Below, piece after piece: positions 59,254 through 64,000 of a stretch of DNA of 64,000 nt. Where the stretch lies: the NCBI GenBank assembly GCA_013265495.1, contig MU058717.1, positions 177,890 to 241,889 on the forward strand, given 5' to 3'. The notes below the pieces were generated by a model. That model ran no database searches and was not told the origin of the DNA. It saw only the letters and a list, made by a program, of their open reading frames with translations. A program made the position numbers and the translations under genes. Numbering within the stretch: position 1 is the stretch's first letter; the number at the start of each line of letters is the position of its first letter. The stretch is from Vicugna vicugna. Taxonomy: Eukaryota.

Positions 59254-61497
59254 AGGTCTGACCTAAACTATGAGTTCCATGAGGGTAAGTCCCCGCAGCT
59301 GAACAGCTACGTCCTGTTGATGTTTTAGCTTCTCAGACCTCACCTATTTGCCACTTTCTTTCATTTAATTCTCAGTGTCTCATGCCTGGGCTGTTGAGAG
59401 AGCCTCAAATTACTCTTCCCGCCTCCATCCTTGGCCCTTCCAATCAATCCTTCATGCCACCCACCAGAGAGAAAGATCTTGTGGATCTGAAACAAAGCTG
59501 ATCATGGCATTTCTTGACTTTGTGACCAAGTCTTCCACGATCCATTATCTGGCTCCTGTTCAGGCCTCTGGTCTCCTCTCTTACCACAGTACCCTCTTGA
59601 GCTCCATGCTCCCACAACCTTCAATACTCCACGCCATCCCACACTTCCACACCTTTCCTGCCATGTTCCCTCTGCCACCCTTCCATTGTTCATCAGTCAA
59701 ACTCCTATCTTCCTTTCTAAACCTTTCTCAGACATCAACTCCTCTGTGGTGTCTCAGGCTCCATTCTATATACCACATCCTCACGGGTGCCTAAATTGAT
59801 CCTGCATTTTTCTACCATGCTTCTGAATCTTGTGTGCATGTTTGTCATTTGTTCACATCTGTGGTCTCATCTGTGAGGTTGTGAGCTTCTAGTGAGCAGG
59901 GATCATGACTGATTTCATCTTGGAACCGCCTTCCTAGAAAGCAGTCTGGCACAGTATATGATTTAACAAATGTGGAGGGTAAAACAAAATGCCATCTTGC
60001 CCTGAGCTGAATAAGTCATTCACTGAGCACCTAAAATGGGCCCTATGCTTAAAGAGACAAAGGAAAAGCATGGCCCCTGCTATGTAGCAGCTCCCAGTCA
60101 CGAACGACGAATAATATAAGCTCATATGTACCATGCGGCTATTACGCGCCAGGCATTGCTCTAAGCACTTCATGTACATCAACGTATTTGACCTTTCAAA
60201 TAACCTTTACCATTGGTCCTTTGGTTATCTGGGGAAACTGGGGCACAGAAAGGGAAAGTTGTTAATTTGCTCAAGATAAACAGGCTGGGAAAATCTGGAG
60301 CTAAGATTTGAACTCAGGAAGTCTGGATTCAGAATTCTTCAACTGCAGGCAAATGAACAACTTACTATCCTCCTGCTGGTCCGCTCTGCTCTATTATCAA
60401 GTCTTTTTTACCTCACCTCCTAAATACCTTTCAAGCGTACTCTACTCTGGTCCATCCCCTCAGCTACCTATCTAGTCCAAGCTACCATTTTCTTACATCG
60501 TGAAGTCCTTTAAGCCACTCCATTCCTACTCTGTAAGCATAGTAAAAGCCAGATCATGTCACCACCCACTTCAATAGATTTCCATTGACCTTAAGATCAA
60601 AGTGAGACCCTAGCCCATCACATCCTACCAACCAGGGGTCTTTTTCCCTTGCACCTTGCTCTTTGTTGTCCCTGCACCCCATCATTTAGACTTTGGACAT
60701 GCTATTCCCTGAACCTTGAAAGCCCTTCCACCCACTTTTCCCCTAAATTGGCTACCCATCCTTCTGAACTCAACTCCAGGTTTTCTTTCGTAAGGAAGTC
60801 TTCCTCAGTCTCCCTGACCACACTGGCCAAATCCTATGATAAGTCTCAGAGACACTCAACAGACACTCGTTAAATGAATGAATAAAGAATTTTTGATAGT
60901 GTTTTTGGAGCCCAGGGAGATGGGCAAGGAGTTAAGATTGCAGCAGCAAAAGATAAACCCTCTGGTCTGGATTGGTCAGGGGAGCTTTCCAGGTGCTCAT
61001 TTGGGTTTGCTATAGGCACAGAGGCAGTCACTCTGGAGCAAAAAGATGGGAAATACAAACCTCGTATCACAGGCAGCAACACTGTTGGTATATGGTACGC
61101 CAAAAATGGCCATCTGGGGACTCAGAAAATCATTACAAGAAAAGAGAGAAAGAAAAGGAAGGAAGGAATGAAGGAAGGAAGGAAGGAAGGAAGGAAAAAT
61201 CATAAAAGTGAAAAGAAGCTGTGAGGCTCACTGGTTCAGTCCCACCCCCACATTTATCTTTCCACTGAGGAAACCAAGGCCCAAAAGGATGGAGATAGTA
61301 CCTAATGCCATTCATCATATTAGGAGCAGTGATGAATCTAAATTTCAGGTCTCCCAAGTCCAGCAGTCTTGCTCAGAGACCAGCCCTTAGTGAACCAGGG
61401 ACCACACCAGCACCCCCGCGGCCCCACACCACCCCCGGTGGGCGGAAGGTGAGGGCAGAGGTAGAGGGACTGGTTATTCTGAGGCTCTGAATATTAC

Positions 61498-61629
61498 CTT
61501 TCTGGAGGTTTACACATTTTTTCCCACAGCTGAAGACGCAACACTTCTGGTGGTTCGGGCACTGTCTGTCCCTCGTACATTCATCCCTTTCTCTGAATGC
61601 ACAGTTCTCTTGGACTCTGGGGCATCTCC
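61498..61629 (-). CDS. EPPIN: EPPIN exon 2, WAP domain
   Basis: RRCPRVQENCAFRERDECTRDRQCPNHQKCCVFSCGKKCVNLQK, 132 nt, phase 1-1. Confidence 0.92.
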
Positions 61630-61862
61630 CTAAGGAAAGGACTTAGAACCGTGAGTCTTGGAGGTCACAGTGCCCACTCTTCACCAGACCCAACACAATC
61701 CTAGGGAGTCAGGGAAGTTGGCTCACCCCCAGGTGTCCTTTTCCTCAGGGACTTTCATGGATTTCCCAGCACTGCCGACACTACCCTCCCTCCCGATCAC
61801 CCCTCACCCACTACCTCCTTACCCCATTCTTAGTTCCATCCCCCAGCCCCATACCCCCAAGG

Positions 61863-62073
61863 CAGGCTTTCTCAACCTTGGCATTAATGGCGTTTGGACC
61901 AGTAGTTATTTGATGGGGGGAGGGCTGTCCTGTGCACTGTAGGATGCTCAGCAGCATCCCTGGCCTCTACCCACTAGATGCCAGTAGCATCCCTCCCCAG
62001 TTGTAACAACCAAAAAGGTCTCCAGACATTGTAAATGTCCCCTGGAAGGCAAAACCGCCAGTTAAAAGCCACT
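61863..62073 (+). mobile_element. MER20-like DNA transposon remnant
   Basis: CAGGCTTTCTCAACCTTGGCATTAATGGCGTTTGGACC...CAGCATCCCTGGCCTCTACCCACTAGATGCCAGTAGCA. Confidence 0.75.
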
Positions 62074-62482
62074 GGTCTAAACTGATCTGGTCCTTTTATA
62101 CTAGATGAGGAGTCAGCCTTTGGGGATTCTTCTGGGGGCGCTGTTGTACAGCGATTAATATTACTCACGCCGGTGTCAGACAGCTGGGTTTTAAAATTCT
62201 AACTCTTCATTTACCACTTACCTTCTCTGAACCTTGATTTCCATCATTTGTGATATCGTTTTAGCCTTACAGAGTGGTGAGGAAGAAATAAGACAAACGT
62301 GTAAAGCTATAATCATAGTCACTGATGCACGGTAACCTTAAATGACATTTGTTAGGTGTTGGCCATAAACCAAGCACTCTTCTAAGCAGTTTACATGGGT
62401 TATCTCATTTAACCCCCATACCAGCTCAATGAGGAAAGCTCTGTTAATATCCTTGTTTTGAAGATGAGGAAAGCACATGGAA

Positions 62483-62566
62483 TTTTTTTCTAATGGGGGT
62501 CCTGGGGATAGAACCCAGGACCTCCTGCATGCTTGCACTCTACCACTGAGCTATACCCACCACCCT
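62483..62566 (-). mobile_element. tRNA-derived SINE (Vic-1-like)
   Basis: TSD AAGCACATG(G/A)AATTT. Confidence 0.8.
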
Positions 62567-63192
62567 GAAGCACATGAAATTTAAGAAACTTGCCTAAGTG
62601 GTGGAACCGGAATTTGGACCCACCAAGTCTGACTCCAGGTCCGTCTCTTAAATCCTATTTTCTGAATGTTCAGTAAAAGGTAGCAATTACCATTATTCTA
62701 CTAGTGATGCAGTATCACTGTCTTAGGTTCAAAGGATCTTCTGGATACTATCCTTTAGCTCAGAGTCAAGGAACCCCTGAGGAGGCAGGGATCTTTTCTA
62801 GGACAATATTTGAAAGAATCAGGGGTTGATAGAAATGATGTCCCAAGAAAGGGGGCTATTTTTGTTGCAGGATGAGGGGAAGGTCCCTTATAATTCCCAG
62901 ATTCCTATAGCCTCTCCCATAAATGCTAAATCCTGTGGCTCTCCCTGCCTCCAAGAAAGACCCTCCATTTCAAAGGAGCTGAAAGTAGGAATGCCCCAGG
63001 ATCAGATTCTTGCATTTACAGAAGGAAGTTTCCACAGAGAGAGAAAAGGAAGAAATATCCCAAATATCTCCCTCCTCTCCCAACCTGGGGCTGGGGCTAA
63101 GGTGGTGAAAAGCAACTCGAGTCAGGTGCTTGTTTCTTCCTCCCAGCAATATTCCTTCTCTCCAGGGTAAGGGCTGAAGCCCCAATACTTAC

Positions 63193-63283
63193 TGGGAAAG
63201 AGCCAGTCAGTGAGACCATATCCCTGGACATTCACTAGAAGGATGGATAGCACCAGGATGCTCAAAAGTCCAGAAGACTCCAT
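63193..63283 (-). CDS. EPPIN: EPPIN exon 1, signal peptide
   Basis: [30 protein letters not shown] resembles human [30 protein letters not shown] (from memory); 91 nt, |gtaagt. Confidence 0.93.
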
Positions 63284-64000
63284 TCTGAAGGAAATCTGAC
63301 CTCTCCGGTGGTTCCAGAGCATGAAAATGTCTGGCTGTCTTTGTCCACCCTAGTCCTTCAGTAGTCAGTATCTTGGATACAAGAGCTGGAGTCAAGCCAG
63401 CCACCCCCTCTCCTCATGGGAACGCCAAGTTCCTGAGATTATCAATGTGACTAGCTGGCATCTACAGCCCACACTCCTAGGCAAGGGTCTCTTATTGAAT
63501 GACTCTTGATCCATAGCCCCCTCGACTGGGGTAGGCCTTCTGGTCAACCAGGGGAAGCAGGCAAATCTTATTTCACTTTCCAGGCTACCTTAGGAATGAA
63601 TGCCACCATCAGGAGTCTCCATCTTGATAACTTTGAGAATTGTAGAATGTCCTCATTCTCCATTCACTTTCCTTTTCACCTGCACACTAAGTGGCACACC
63701 AGTTTTTGTTTATTTGTTTGTTTGTTTTTGTCTCTGATCAATGTGTGTCTGTTGTTCTCTTGGTATTTCTTTGCTTCTGTGAGTCTCTTATGGTCTCTAT
63801 GTCTCTCTCTCTCTCACTTTCTCTCACACTTTCCTCCCATCCTCTCTTCTCTTTTTAGGTCACTCATATCCCTCGACTAAGACCAAAGGGTAAAGATGTT
63901 GCCACAGAGTGGGGCAGGGAGGAGGAAGCAGGCTGATAGCAGAGTTTGCAGATAGTGTTTGTGAAGGTTGTGTTGTTCTGAGAGCTGGAGAGGATATCAG

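Overview
Mammalian genomic DNA, probably camelid judging from the Vic-1-like tRNA-derived SINEs and the L1 type. It covers the WFDC/Kunitz protease-inhibitor locus. Gene order: the 3' part of a BPTI/PTI-like Kunitz gene (+), WFDC2/HE4 (+), SPINT3 (-), a WFDC6-like WAP+Kunitz gene (-) and EPPIN (-). Large mobile elements are a near full-length decayed L1 (1821-8013, -), an internally deleted class I (gamma-like) ERV provirus with a tRNA-Thr PBS (12613-18882, -) and a solo LTR of the same family. The standout observation is a ~410-nt insert inside the ERV gag gene that is host ataxin-7 (ATXN7) sequence in circularly permuted, spliced order. The 3' end of a downstream coding exon is joined back to 5'UTR sequence, and the insert is bracketed by an 11-nt microhomology (KPQA codons) shared by gag and ATXN7. 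This is the pattern expected if a retrovirus captured a circular RNA (circATXN7) by reverse-transcriptase template switching. Comparisons to human, bovine and mouse genes are from memory and need confirmation by alignment.
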